From positions 224,001 through 288,000 of the forward strand of contig CBDCTZ010000012.1 in NCBI GenBank assembly GCA_965222375.1: DNA of 64,000 nt, given 5' to 3'. Positions within the stretch are counted from its first letter, which is position 1. Every line of letters begins with the position of its first letter. This DNA comes from Polyangiaceae bacterium (GTDB taxonomy: Bacteria > Myxococcota_A > Polyangia > Polyangiales > Polyangiaceae). A model generated the notes under the pieces. It searched no databases and was not told where the DNA came from. It was given only the letters and a program-made list of their open reading frames with translations. A program made the translations under genes and the position numbers. Below, piece after piece: positions 13,601 through 22,212 of the stretch.

Positions 13601-15278
13601 TGCCGACCTGCGTCTGAGTGCACAGGCCGAAGCGGTGCTGGTGCAGCTCGGGCTCGGGGACCCAAAGGGCGGGACCCAGCCAGTATTGGTCAAAGTGGAA
13701 ACGTCCCGGCCGCAGGCCCTAGCTCTGCTGAAGACCCCGGATGGAGAGACCAACCAACTCGCAGTCAAGGCGAGCGCCCGTGCCAATCAAGTTCCCTTGG
13801 TCTCCCTCGTGCCCAAAAGCACTCTCGACGGGCGCGGAGTGAAACTCACCGGCAATCTGAACTGGAAGATGGACGCGGACCTGCAGCTGGCCGCGAAGGG
13901 CAAGGCGCGGCGTTTGGAGAAGGGCAGCCTGCGAGGGGATTTGCGAGTCGACAAGGGCAGCGCGACGATTCCGAACACCAAGCGGCGCTATCACAAGGTC
14001 GAGCTCGCCATCGTGAGCAGCGATGATGAGTTGCGCATCGATCGTATCTCTCTGGCCGAGAAGGATATCGAGAAGTCCAAACGCGCCTTGGACATCAAGG
14101 GCAAGATCGCCTGGGCCAATCTGAAGCCTCAAGGCGTAAATATTTCCCTTCGTGCCAAAGACTGGTTGCTCTTCGGTGGCAAGACCTTGGGTCGGGCCGA
14201 CGCACCCCGCGCCGCCCTCACCAGCAACATCGACGTGAAAGGCGACTTGACCGGCTCGCGGCGTCGCGTCGACGTAACCGTCAGCAAGCTCGATTTGAAG
14301 ATGCCTGATCGCTTCAATCGCGCCCACTGGCCCGAGGATGGTCACCTCGGTGACATGTTGGTCTTGGGTGAGAAGGGCGTGACTTTGGGCAAGCTGCCCG
14401 TGCCCGAGGCCGTCAAGAACGGCTCCGTGCACATCAAAGAGCCCAAGCCACCTCCAGCGGACAGCATTGTGGGAGGCACGGACATCCACCTCTCGATCCC
14501 CAATACGGCGCATATCCAGAAGCCGCCCTTCGAGCTCTACGCTCACGGGAAGCTGGTCGCGAAGTTGCGGCCGGGCCTGGCGCGTCCGGAAATCCGGGGT
14601 GAGCTGCCCTTGACGGCCGGCGCCATGACCCTGGGCGGCAGACTTCATCCAATCGCCAAAGGCAAGAAGAGCCGCATCGTTTTCGATGAGCGTAGCCCCC
14701 GAGGCCGCATGGAGACGCATCTGCTCAAGCAGGCCGAAACGGGTGCGCTGCGAGACATATCCAAGGCAAGCGCTCAAGGAGACACGGTACGGCTCTATTT
14801 GGAAGGGCCTATTGGCAAACCCAAGAGCAAGGTCAATGGCGCCGGCAACGCCGATCTCTGGGACATGCTCCCGGTGTACAACGCTGGGCGCGTCAAGTGG
14901 ACCAGCCAGCCAGATCTAGCTGGCAGCGTCACGGTTCAAGTCCCGCGCAAGTACGACGTGATTCTGCTCAGCTATATGGCTGTCAATTTGCCCCATAACC
15001 TGTTCTTGGATCGCATCAACGCTTGGTCGGATCCCGAAGATGTTCGCGGTGGCTACGGCCAGATCCGCAATCTGGAGGCCGAGAAGAGCAGCAAGAGCGG
15101 CGTGACTCGCATCGTGACGACGGCGCGGCCGCCGAGCGCTGGCCGAAGCGACGCCGAGCTGGAGGTCGATTGGATGTGGGTCAATACTCCGCGCACCAAA
15201 GCGGGGCTCGGCGTTGCCGCAGGCAACCGTGTGGGCGGCGGCCCAGCACTGTTCTTCGACTGGTCCAGTGAGGATTGA
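10641..15278 (+). CDS. TamB/AsmA-like large periplasmic protein
   Basis: N-terminal TM anchor, 1545 aa of amphipathic beta-strand pattern, overlaps the Omp85 gene. Confidence 0.7.
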   Translation: MSGDSGDVRAEVSRARRVVRYALRGALALTALLVLLVVLIHTSPGQNLIRGRVVAALNKKMNGSASLDALSVSLVSGVSLSGLSLKDATGAEVVRVDELSTKLTLSKLLSGEVAVDHLKLHGVTLALKEAEGGGTNLSTLFKKSPPKPKTTKKKKKSRRISVASIDVSRVNVSLKKLDGSSLAVRDLAVQGHVSAVASEKTVALSLDKIALNLERKNKAVTLGVSEFKSALNVDLVGGKGTVSLKPTSAKLSLARPEKPPFSTPVSFNGVDLDVAPGSLSASLKKLAAGLALLDSLELSGSAEGGALVGDQSAVIAGLSLKKEKVNVLLGKELLASDLKLQAKVGGPPQALSVAVDLNTAGGTLKLSGTADVSKLERPKYDLRLEGSELESDKLVHSAKVPKVEVKKIVLQLKGSEIKKKRIDADVALDVGDLSVKGIKIDGVKLRGRYERGTVKITELTIDGLGQKLKADGTFVIASRELSLNLKPSGDVGKALTALAAAGIKVKTKIAPGRVVLREDETHLVVRGNLNERLDAEIKQATVRVGGGSVTVYGSAALNKGEADAAGKKKFSLAGFSGDVRLNNVGLASLARLRGKNLKGYDGRIQGRVQVHGTKQDPKAKIALRLATRPSRPGRRRAALVTHIDGKLNARGADVTLKSVRRDPSGAESDVLELDAKVPLSLRARRLRRNGELRVSLDLPRRPLSSLRDVLPDSIALKLMKYPDAHVEAHVKIEGTAAKPRGSFDIDLDTEMPLLAEDGGRQRVALTGTVTPTSDGSHLEANLRAWLDHRRAKVVNGDISADLKREGRDTQVAWNLGLSVEPPALEALPARIRRPGLSGKVAVRADLQGTRKDVGGRVVVTAKRVHRNGLGPLDLNTQIDLGAQQTTLGLKFRAAGIDAVGLKGTVGVAGKNLIPTLRAKKLGDPTLDAELTVVRQRVAKYAVLRKKLEKVPGDISGRIALTGTVKQPLIDGGVALDEFKTLDGSPGRADLRLSAQAEAVLVQLGLGDPKGGTQPVLVKVETSRPQALALLKTPDGETNQLAVKASARANQVPLVSLVPKSTLDGRGVKLTGNLNWKMDADLQLAAKGKARRLEKGSLRGDLRVDKGSATIPNTKRRYHKVELAIVSSDDELRIDRISLAEKDIEKSKRALDIKGKIAWANLKPQGVNISLRAKDWLLFGGKTLGRADAPRAALTSNIDVKGDLTGSRRRVDVTVSKLDLKMPDRFNRAHWPEDGHLGDMLVLGEKGVTLGKLPVPEAVKNGSVHIKEPKPPPADSIVGGTDIHLSIPNTAHIQKPPFELYAHGKLVAKLRPGLARPEIRGELPLTAGAMTLGGRLHPIAKGKKSRIVFDERSPRGRMETHLLKQAETGALRDISKASAQGDTVRLYLEGPIGKPKSKVNGAGNADLWDMLPVYNAGRVKWTSQPDLAGSVTVQVPRKYDVILLSYMAVNLPHNLFLDRINAWSDPEDVRGGYGQIRNLEAEKSSKSGVTRIVTTARPPSAGRSDAELEVDWMWVNTPRTKAGLGVAAGNRVGGGPALFFDWSSED

Positions 15279-15292
15279 AGGGAATCACAACA

Positions 15293-15997
15293 ATGAAACA
15301 CAAGGTCGTCACCAGAGAGGAGTGGCTCACCGCTCGCCTCGAGCATCTCGCCAAGGAAAAAGAGTTCACCCGCGCTCGGGATGCCCTGAGCCGCGCACGG
15401 CGGGAGCTGCCTTGGGTGAAGGTCGAAAAGGACTACGTCTTCGACTCGCCGGCGGGCAGGGAGAGCCTGTCGGATCTCTTCGGCGGCAAGAGCCAGCTCC
15501 TCGCACAGCACTTCATGTACGGCCCGGATTGGAAGGAGGGTTGTCCGAGCTGCTCCTTCTGGGCCGACAACTTCAACGGTGTCGACGTGCACCTGGCACA
15601 TCGAGACATCACGCTGATAGCGGTGTCTCGAGCTCCGCTGGCAGAGCTCGAGGGCTACAAGAAGCGCATGGGCTGGAGCTTCAAATGGGTTTCATCCTTG
15701 GGCAGCGACTTCAATTTCGACTACGGCGTGTCCTTTACGCCTGAAGAAATGGCGGGCGGGGGCAAGTTCTACAACTTCAAGACCGCGGGCTTCCCGAGTA
15801 GCGAGGGCCCCGGCGTCAGCGCCTTCTACAAGGATGAGGCTGGCGATGTCTTTCACACCTACTCGACCTTTGCTCGAGGCCTCGACATGCTCAACGGCGC
15901 GTACCACTACATGGACGTCGCGCCCAAGGGCCGGGATGAAGACGCCCTCGAGTACCCCATGGCGTGGCTGCGACGCCACGACGCCTACGACGACTGA
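15293..15997 (+). CDS. DUF899 family thioredoxin-like protein
   Basis: VVTREEWLTAR...EKE, GCPSCSF, VFHTYS...RG, PKGRDE. Confidence 0.88.
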   Translation: MKHKVVTREEWLTARLEHLAKEKEFTRARDALSRARRELPWVKVEKDYVFDSPAGRESLSDLFGGKSQLLAQHFMYGPDWKEGCPSCSFWADNFNGVDVHLAHRDITLIAVSRAPLAELEGYKKRMGWSFKWVSSLGSDFNFDYGVSFTPEEMAGGGKFYNFKTAGFPSSEGPGVSAFYKDEAGDVFHTYSTFARGLDMLNGAYHYMDVAPKGRDEDALEYPMAWLRRHDAYDD

Positions 15998-17181
15998 CTG
16001 GTACCACCGCTGTAGGCAGAGCGCTCGTTGACGCGGACCCGGTACTTCAGGGACTTGCGGCGCTCCTGCTTTCGGAGCACGCGTGAAAACTCCCGAGCGC
16101 CCCAGGAGTACAGCGCTTGCTCGCCTGCAGGCACGAAGTGGCGGGTGAAGGAGAAACCGCGCCCCAAGGTTTGACATGCGCGAAGCGCCCAATACTCGCC
16201 TCGGTCGGGGATGTTCATTCCGGTCACGTAGTCGTTGCCGCTCAAGTGCCGCGTGACCTGATGCAGGAAGGTCTGGATCGTGGGGTAGGCCGGGGGGGCT
16301 CGGCGGGTCAGGGTTTTGGCCACGTCATCCAGAACGCATTTCGTCTGTTCGCTCAGCTTGTCCGGCTTTGCCTGGTGTTTGCAGGAGGACAAGAAAAAGG
16401 CCTGCTGCTTGTCGATGGTTTCGGGTAGCAGTGCCGGGTCGATGCCCAGAACGTGGCCTGCGTAGCGCCAAAGTAGGATGAAACTGTCGATCTCGTTTCG
16501 CCTCAGGCGAACCCCGAGCTTCAGCAAATTGCGGACGTTCACGTAGCCGAACAGCGCCAGGGTGATGGCGAGATCCTGCTGGTTGATCGGCACTTCAGTG
16601 TCGTGCCGGAAGCGCCCCGTGTCGAGCAGGTGGCGCCGGATCCCTGCGTGCAATAGGCGAACGCGTGCCAGGGTTTCGTGCGCCTTGCCGCCGGGTTCAA
16701 TCTGGCCTGGAAACGCCATCCGGAGCACCATTGCCATGGTCTCGTTCAAGCGCTGGGTCGCACTTCCCGAAAGCATACCGGTCATCGCAGTCACCAGGGC
16801 CATCTTCTGGAAGACAGCTCCTCCGACGAGCGAACCCGAAAGCAAGGATAGGCCCACGAATGGACCGTAGGTTGCGATCAGGCGCTGGCCCGGCACCATC
16901 CCATCGAAGTCTGCCCATTCGGGTACCCGTGTCGCATGCTCCAACAGCTGGGCGCACTTGGCGTCGCCGGCTTCAGCGCGCTCCCGCACCGCGCCCAGCA
17001 GGTCGAATATGTTCGTCAGCGGCCCCTGGGAAGCCAAGTCTCTCACCACGGCGTCAGCTAGTGGATCGCCGACGGCTCGCCACTGCTGCAGTGACGCTTC
17101 CGAATGCGGCTCGAAGAAATCGAGTTCGGAAAAGGGTGGGATCGTCTCGAGGGGAGGGAGCTGATGTACGGGCAGGGACAC
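15985..17181 (-). CDS. DUF2236 / MpaB-Lcp-like heme oxygenase family protein
   Basis: GDPLAD, P.WAD, RLNET, RVRLLHAGIR, PINQQDL, WRYAGHVLGI. Confidence 0.8.
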   Translation of the reverse strand: MSLPVHQLPPLETIPPFSELDFFEPHSEASLQQWRAVGDPLADAVVRDLASQGPLTNIFDLLGAVRERAEAGDAKCAQLLEHATRVPEWADFDGMVPGQRLIATYGPFVGLSLLSGSLVGGAVFQKMALVTAMTGMLSGSATQRLNETMAMVLRMAFPGQIEPGGKAHETLARVRLLHAGIRRHLLDTGRFRHDTEVPINQQDLAITLALFGYVNVRNLLKLGVRLRRNEIDSFILLWRYAGHVLGIDPALLPETIDKQQAFFLSSCKHQAKPDKLSEQTKCVLDDVAKTLTRRAPPAYPTIQTFLHQVTRHLSGNDYVTGMNIPDRGEYWALRACQTLGRGFSFTRHFVPAGEQALYSWGAREFSRVLRKQERRKSLKYRVRVNERSAYSGGTSQSS

Positions 17182-17278
17182 GACGCTCGGAGTCTAGCCT
17201 GCTCCGACGACTCGAAACAGCCACGCCCGGGCCAATCTGGTTGGACGCGAGCGCCCGAACATGCTCGGCTCCGCGCTC

Positions 17279-17644
17279 ATGATCGTCGTTACCAACCGAA
17301 TCCCCGTGGCAGAAGGCCACGAAATCGACTTCGAAGACCGCTTCAAGAGGCGGGTGCACTTGGTCGATCAGTCACCAGGTTTTGTGCGCAACGAGGTGCA
17401 CCGGCCGCGGCCCATGCGCTTCGACCACGAGGCCGGCGGCTTCGTCCCGGATCCGGAAAAGCAGGGCTACTACGAGGTGAAAACGTGGTGGCGCAGCTTC
17501 GAAGACTTCGAAGCTTGGACCAAAAGCCCGGCCTTCGCCGAAGCCCACAAGAATCGCGCACCCAAGGAGATGTTCGCGGGGCCGAGCGTGCTCGAGGTCC
17601 ACGAAGTCTTCTTGAGCACTGATCTCGAAGGGATCGACGGCTAG
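17279..17644 (+). CDS. ABM-family monooxygenase (IsdG/HmoA-like)
   Basis: VTNRIPV...FE.RF...PGF; W.S.EDFEAWTKS.AFAEAH. Confidence 0.8.
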   Translation: MIVVTNRIPVAEGHEIDFEDRFKRRVHLVDQSPGFVRNEVHRPRPMRFDHEAGGFVPDPEKQGYYEVKTWWRSFEDFEAWTKSPAFAEAHKNRAPKEMFAGPSVLEVHEVFLSTDLEGIDG

Positions 17645-17776
17645 TCCGCGCTCTGTGATGGGTTTGGTTGGGGTCGCGGCACTGCGCCACGGCGGTGCAC
17701 TAATCTCGCCATCTCGCGTCGCGCTGACGCCGGCTCCGAGTGCGCGCGGAAACCAAGCTGACCGAGGCTGCCCAGC

Positions 17777-18748
17777 TCAGGTTTTCGCCAACAGCTCGGC
17801 AGCCTCGAGCGCACCGTAGGTGAATATGATGTCTGCGCCGGCGCGACGCAGACCGAGCAGACTCTCGAGCAGACACTTGTCGTAGTCCAACCAACCGTTG
17901 GCGGCGGCGGCTTTGAGCATCGCGAACTCGCCACTCACGTGATACACGGCGACCGGCAGGTTGCTGTGTTCCCGAACGAAGCGCACAACGTCCATGTACG
18001 GCAAGCCCGGCTTGACCATCAGGATGTCGGCTCCTTCGGCTTCGTCGAGTTCCACCTCGCGCAGGGCTTCCCGCACGTTGGCGGGGTTCATTTGGTAGGT
18101 TTTTTTGTCGCCAGCGCGAGGGGCTGAGTCCAGGGCATCCCGGAAGGGGCCGTAGAAGGCTGAGGCGTATTTGACGCAATAACTAAGGATGCCGACGTCC
18201 CTGAATCCGGCTTCGTCGAGGGCCTCGCGAATCACTCCGACTCGGCCGTCCATCATGTCGCTTGGTGCGACGAGGTCGGTGCCTGCCTTGGCCTGGGCGA
18301 CGGCCATCTTCGCGAGCAACGGTAGCGTCTGGTCGTTGTCGATCAGGTTGTCGACGAGCAGTCCGTCGTGGCCGTCCGATGAATAGGGATCCAACGCGAC
18401 GTCCGTGACGACTACCAGCTCGGGTAGTTCCTTCTTAAGAGCACGTACCGCGCGCTGCAGTAGTCCCTCGGGGTTTTCGCTTTCGGTGCCGTGAGAGTTC
18501 TTCAGGGCATCGTCAATTGCAGGGAACAGCGCCACGCCAGGCACACCCGCGTCGAAGGCGCGTCGACACAGCGCGAGCAGCGGGTCGATCCCAAGCCGCG
18601 CATGACCCGGCATGCTCTTGATAGGAGTCATGCCGGAACCCTCCTGCACGAAGAGTGGCAGGATCAGGTTAGACGGTGACAAAGTTGTTTCATTCACCAA
18701 TGCGCGGCGGCCAGCACTGGTGCGGTTTCGGCGAGGTCGAATTAGCAC
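17777..18748 (-). CDS. hemB: Porphobilinogen synthase (Zn-independent type)
   Basis: RPRRNR, DVALDPYSSDGHDG, SDMMDGRV, FYGPFRDA, MVKPG. Confidence 0.96.
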   Translation of the reverse strand: MLIRPRRNRTSAGRRALVNETTLSPSNLILPLFVQEGSGMTPIKSMPGHARLGIDPLLALCRRAFDAGVPGVALFPAIDDALKNSHGTESENPEGLLQRAVRALKKELPELVVVTDVALDPYSSDGHDGLLVDNLIDNDQTLPLLAKMAVAQAKAGTDLVAPSDMMDGRVGVIREALDEAGFRDVGILSYCVKYASAFYGPFRDALDSAPRAGDKKTYQMNPANVREALREVELDEAEGADILMVKPGLPYMDVVRFVREHSNLPVAVYHVSGEFAMLKAAAANGWLDYDKCLLESLLGLRRAGADIIFTYGALEAAELLAKT

Positions 18749-18895
18749 GCGCCAACTCTTATTGAAGTCCGGCCCTGGCTCAAGGTTTCGTCCGACGAAG
18801 GCGGGGCTTCAGCGCGCCGGGTGGGCGGGTGTGACATTCGGATCAGACTTTTCAGCGGTATTCCGGATGCTAACTTTGGGAAATAGGAGGTCTAC

Positions 18896-19210
18896 ATGTC
18901 CTTGAAAGTTCTTAAAACCCTTAGTTTTCTCGCACTCGCATCTACCGTTGCGGTCGCAGGCTGCAGCAGTGACGACGACGACAGCGGCTCTGGCGGCGGC
19001 ACCAGCACCGGCGGTACTGCCGGCACTGGCGGCAGCGCTGGCTCCGGTGGCAGTGCTGGTAGCGCTGGCTCCGGTGGCAGTGCTGGTAGCGCTGGCTCCG
19101 GTGGCACGGCTGGCAGCGCCAGTGGTGGCGCGGCTGGTAGTGCCGGTTCCGCAGGCAGTGCGGGCTCTGCAGGTAGCGCCGGTGGCTCCGCTGATGCCGG
19201 CACCGACTGA
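18896..19210 (+). CDS. Small Gly/Ser/Ala-rich lipoprotein
   Basis: SD AGGAGG; lipobox VAGC; mature part entirely low-complexity. Confidence 0.7.
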   Translation: MSLKVLKTLSFLALASTVAVAGCSSDDDDSGSGGGTSTGGTAGTGGSAGSGGSAGSAGSGGSAGSAGSGGTAGSASGGAAGSAGSAGSAGSAGSAGGSADAGTD

Positions 19211-19235
19211 TAGCGAAACATAACGATAAGCACGG

Positions 19236-19371
19236 CCCCTTGCGCCCGCCTGCATTTGCGGGCGCAAGGGGTTGCGCACATGGCGCGCATTCCTCGGATG
19301 CAGTGGTACCGGTCCATGCATGGGAACGCTGCGGGTAGCGGGCGTTCTCGCTATCCGCAGCGTTCCCGTGC
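19236..19371 (+). other. Two long intergenic RNA hairpins
   Basis: Perfect 14-bp stem at 19236-19271; 25-bp stem at 19318-19371 whose three mismatches are all G-U on the + strand. Confidence 0.7.
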
Positions 19372-19494
19372 CTGCAAGTTGATCCCCATCATGCATTGCG
19401 TGCTACCCTGATCCCTTCTGGAGGTTGTGGTCGAACCCGACTCGGGTTTGGTGTGGCCGATGGGGAGCAGTTACTTACACACAAGGACGAAAGT

Positions 19495-19983
19495 ATGAGT
19501 TTCAAATTGGTTCGAGCATTGGGATTCGTGGCGCTGGGTTGTTCCGTGGGCCTCTACGGTTGCGGCAGTGACGACGACGACAGCGGCTCCGGTGGTAGCA
19601 GCAGTGGTGGCAGCGCGGGTAGCAGCAGCGGGGGTAGTGCAGGTAGCGGCAGCGGCGGCACTGCTGGAAGCGGCAGCGGTGGCACCGCGGGCAGCGCCAG
19701 TGGCGGTGCTGCGGGCAGCGCAGGCTCGGCTGGTAGCGCAGGTTCGGCGGGCAGCGCTGGCGCAGGCGGTGGCAGCAACGCTGACAAGTTCTGCAAGGAC
19801 TACGAAACCAAGTGTGGATTCGGCACCCCGAAGCACTTCAAAGATGCCACCGAGTGCAAGGACGACTTCGACAACAAGTTCGACGCTGGTCGACGCACCT
19901 GCGTCGTCGAGCACTTGGGCAAAGCGGATTCAAAAACGTCCGAACATTGCGAGCACGCGGCGGGCGCCGCGCCCTGCAACTAG
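19495..19983 (+). CDS. Gly/Ser-rich lipoprotein with C-terminal Cys domain; paralog of the 18896 gene
   Basis: Lipobox LYGC, shared C.SDDDDSGSGG start, 6-Cys C-terminal domain. Confidence 0.7.
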   Translation: MSFKLVRALGFVALGCSVGLYGCGSDDDDSGSGGSSSGGSAGSSSGGSAGSGSGGTAGSGSGGTAGSASGGAAGSAGSAGSAGSAGSAGAGGGSNADKFCKDYETKCGFGTPKHFKDATECKDDFDNKFDAGRRTCVVEHLGKADSKTSEHCEHAAGAAPCN

Positions 19984-20003
19984 CATTCACCTGAGGAAAG
20001 CGA

Positions 20004-20047
20004 AGCGCCTCGGGCCCGCTGGTCGGGCACGAGGCGCTCGTGTTTTT
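20004..20047 (+). terminator. Probable intrinsic terminator
   Basis: AGCGCCTCG...CGAGGCGCT stem followed by a TGTTTTT tract, just after the 19983 stop. Confidence 0.65.
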
Positions 20048-20103
20048 GTGTCCCTGCCAATGACGCTACCTGGGGCCCACACTTGCGCTAGGATGGGCCT
20101 GAC

Positions 20104-20757
20104 GTGGGGATCATCTACTTTGCAGCCCTGATCGTTGGCTTCGGTGTCATTGCCGTCCAACTGGCCTTCGCCGGCAAAGGCGATGTCGACGTGGACGTCG
20201 ACGCCGACATCGACATCGACGTGGACGCCGATGTGGACGTGGACGTGGACGCCGATGCCGACGCGGACGCCCATGGCCATGGCGACCATGGGCATGTGGC
20301 CCACGGCGACGCGGGCTTTCTGCCGATTCTGCTCTCCGTGCGCTTCTGGACCTTCGGGCTCCTGGCCTTCGGCATGGTGGGCTCCCTGCTCCACGTATTT
20401 CGGCTCGCCAGTGTGTGGGCAACGCCTTTCATCTCCCTGGCCATGGGGATCTTCTCTGGGCTCCTGGCTTCGCTCACTTTCCGTGCCTTGTCCCGCGCTG
20501 AAACGTCGAGTGCAGCGACTCCCCGGGACACGGTGGGGCAGGTGGGCAAGGTGCTGCTTCCGGTGAGCAACAAGGCGCGGGGCAAGGTGCGTATCGAACT
20601 GCGCGGACAGACTCTCGACTTGCTGGCCACTACCGATGAGGAGCTTCTATCCAACGGCGACCTCGTGATGATCGAGTCCATGGAAGGCGGCACCGCCCGG
20701 GTCTCCAAAGCGCCGGTGGAGTTCCTGCCGCCGAAGCTGCCACCCAAGCCGGAGTGA
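20104..20757 (+). CDS. NfeD-like (YuaF/YqiJ-type) membrane protein
   Basis: TM helices, DVDVDADID/His tract, C-terminal OB-like VGQVGKV...GKVRI; precedes flotillins. Confidence 0.8.
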   Translation: MGIIYFAALIVGFGVIAVQLAFAGKGDVDVDVDADIDIDVDADVDVDVDADADADAHGHGDHGHVAHGDAGFLPILLSVRFWTFGLLAFGMVGSLLHVFRLASVWATPFISLAMGIFSGLLASLTFRALSRAETSSAATPRDTVGQVGKVLLPVSNKARGKVRIELRGQTLDLLATTDEELLSNGDLVMIESMEGGTARVSKAPVEFLPPKLPPKPE

Positions 20758-20907
20758 GCGCCCCTGGCGCTTCCGGATGGACAAGCGCGGTACTAGCCCC
20801 TCGGCCGTCCGAGCCCGGTCGGGCAACGGTCTGGAATCCGGGGGCAATTGCCGGTGCCAGGACTTTCCGTGGCCAAGCTCACGGGGCTCGCCTATCCTCC
20901 GGCCACC

Positions 20908-22212
20908 ATGGGGAGTGATATTCCGGACTTAGGCGTCGATCCTGAGACTGCGGTGATGATTCTGAGCGGGGCGATCGGCGTAGTCGTCCTGGTCGCCTTG
21001 CTCGTGTTCATCATTTCGCGGTTCTTGGTGATCTGCAAACCCAACGAAATCGTGGTCATCAGCGGGCGCGAGCGAAAGCTCAGCGACGGCTCGAAGGTGG
21101 GCTTCAAGGTCCTCCACGGAGGGCGCGGTTTCCGTGTTCCGTTGCTGGAGGAAGTGAATCGCATGGACATGCGGCTCATCCCCGTGCAGGTGGAAGTGCA
21201 GAATGCCTACTCCCAGGGCGGCATTCCCCTGACAGTGCACGCAATTAGCAATGTGAAGATCTCCAGCGACCCGCGATTCGTGAGCAACGCCATCGAGCGC
21301 TCGCTGTCGATGACGACACGACAAATCGGTGCTGTGGCCCAGCAGACGCTGGAGGGTGTGCTGCGCGAGGTGGTCGCGGAGCTGACGCCCGAGGAAGTCA
21401 ACGAGGACCGCCTCAAATTCGCGGAAACTCTGATTCGCAACGCCAAGGACGACTTCGACAAGCTGGGCTTGGAGCTTGATGTGCTCAAGATCCAGAGCGT
21501 CAGCGACGAGCAGGGCTACTTGAACAACCTGGGTCGCGCTCGCATCGCCCGCATGATTCGCGACGCGCAGAACGCAGAAAACGAAGCGAACCAGTCGGTT
21601 GCCGAGGCCCAAGCTCAGGCCCGTCAGCGGGCAGAAACCGCGCAGAAGCAGGCGGAAGCCTTGGTCCTCACCAAACGCAACGAACTCCGCGCGGCCCTGG
21701 CGCGCCTCGAAGCCGACGCCAAAGCGGTGGAAAACGAAGCTGCGGTCTCCGCCGAGACTGCGCGCGCTCAAGCTGAACAAGAGCTGCAGCGCATGCGCGC
21801 GGAACTCGAGAAGCTCAGGCTGGAGTGTGACGTGTACTTGCCCGCGGAAGCCGATCGCATGTCCGCCGAGGCCGACGCTCGGGGGCGCGCGGCTCCGACC
21901 ATCGAGAGCGGCAAAGCCGCTGCTCAGGCGCTTCAGCTCGTGTCCCAAGAATGGCAGAGCGCTGGCCGAGACGGTCGTGACCTCTATGTCTTGCAGCACC
22001 TCAAACCGATGGTTGAAGCCGCGGTCACCCGAGTGACCCGCGCCAAGATCCAGGACTTGGCGGTCGTGGACGGTGGCGATGGCGAAAGCTTCACCGGAGC
22101 CGTGGCCAGCTTCCCTGCAGCCGTGAGTGAGGTGATGCGGGAAACCGGACAGGCAATCGGTGTGAACATGGACGAACTGCTCAGCGGTAGCGGCGCGAAA
22201 GGAGCCCGCTAA
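20908..22212 (+). CDS. Flotillin/SPFH family protein 1
   Basis: CKPNEIVVISG, TLEGVLR...LTPEEVNEDR, AE-rich coiled coil. Confidence 0.88.
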   Translation: MGSDIPDLGVDPETAVMILSGAIGVVVLVALLVFIISRFLVICKPNEIVVISGRERKLSDGSKVGFKVLHGGRGFRVPLLEEVNRMDMRLIPVQVEVQNAYSQGGIPLTVHAISNVKISSDPRFVSNAIERSLSMTTRQIGAVAQQTLEGVLREVVAELTPEEVNEDRLKFAETLIRNAKDDFDKLGLELDVLKIQSVSDEQGYLNNLGRARIARMIRDAQNAENEANQSVAEAQAQARQRAETAQKQAEALVLTKRNELRAALARLEADAKAVENEAAVSAETARAQAEQELQRMRAELEKLRLECDVYLPAEADRMSAEADARGRAAPTIESGKAAAQALQLVSQEWQSAGRDGRDLYVLQHLKPMVEAAVTRVTRAKIQDLAVVDGGDGESFTGAVASFPAAVSEVMRETGQAIGVNMDELLSGSGAKGAR

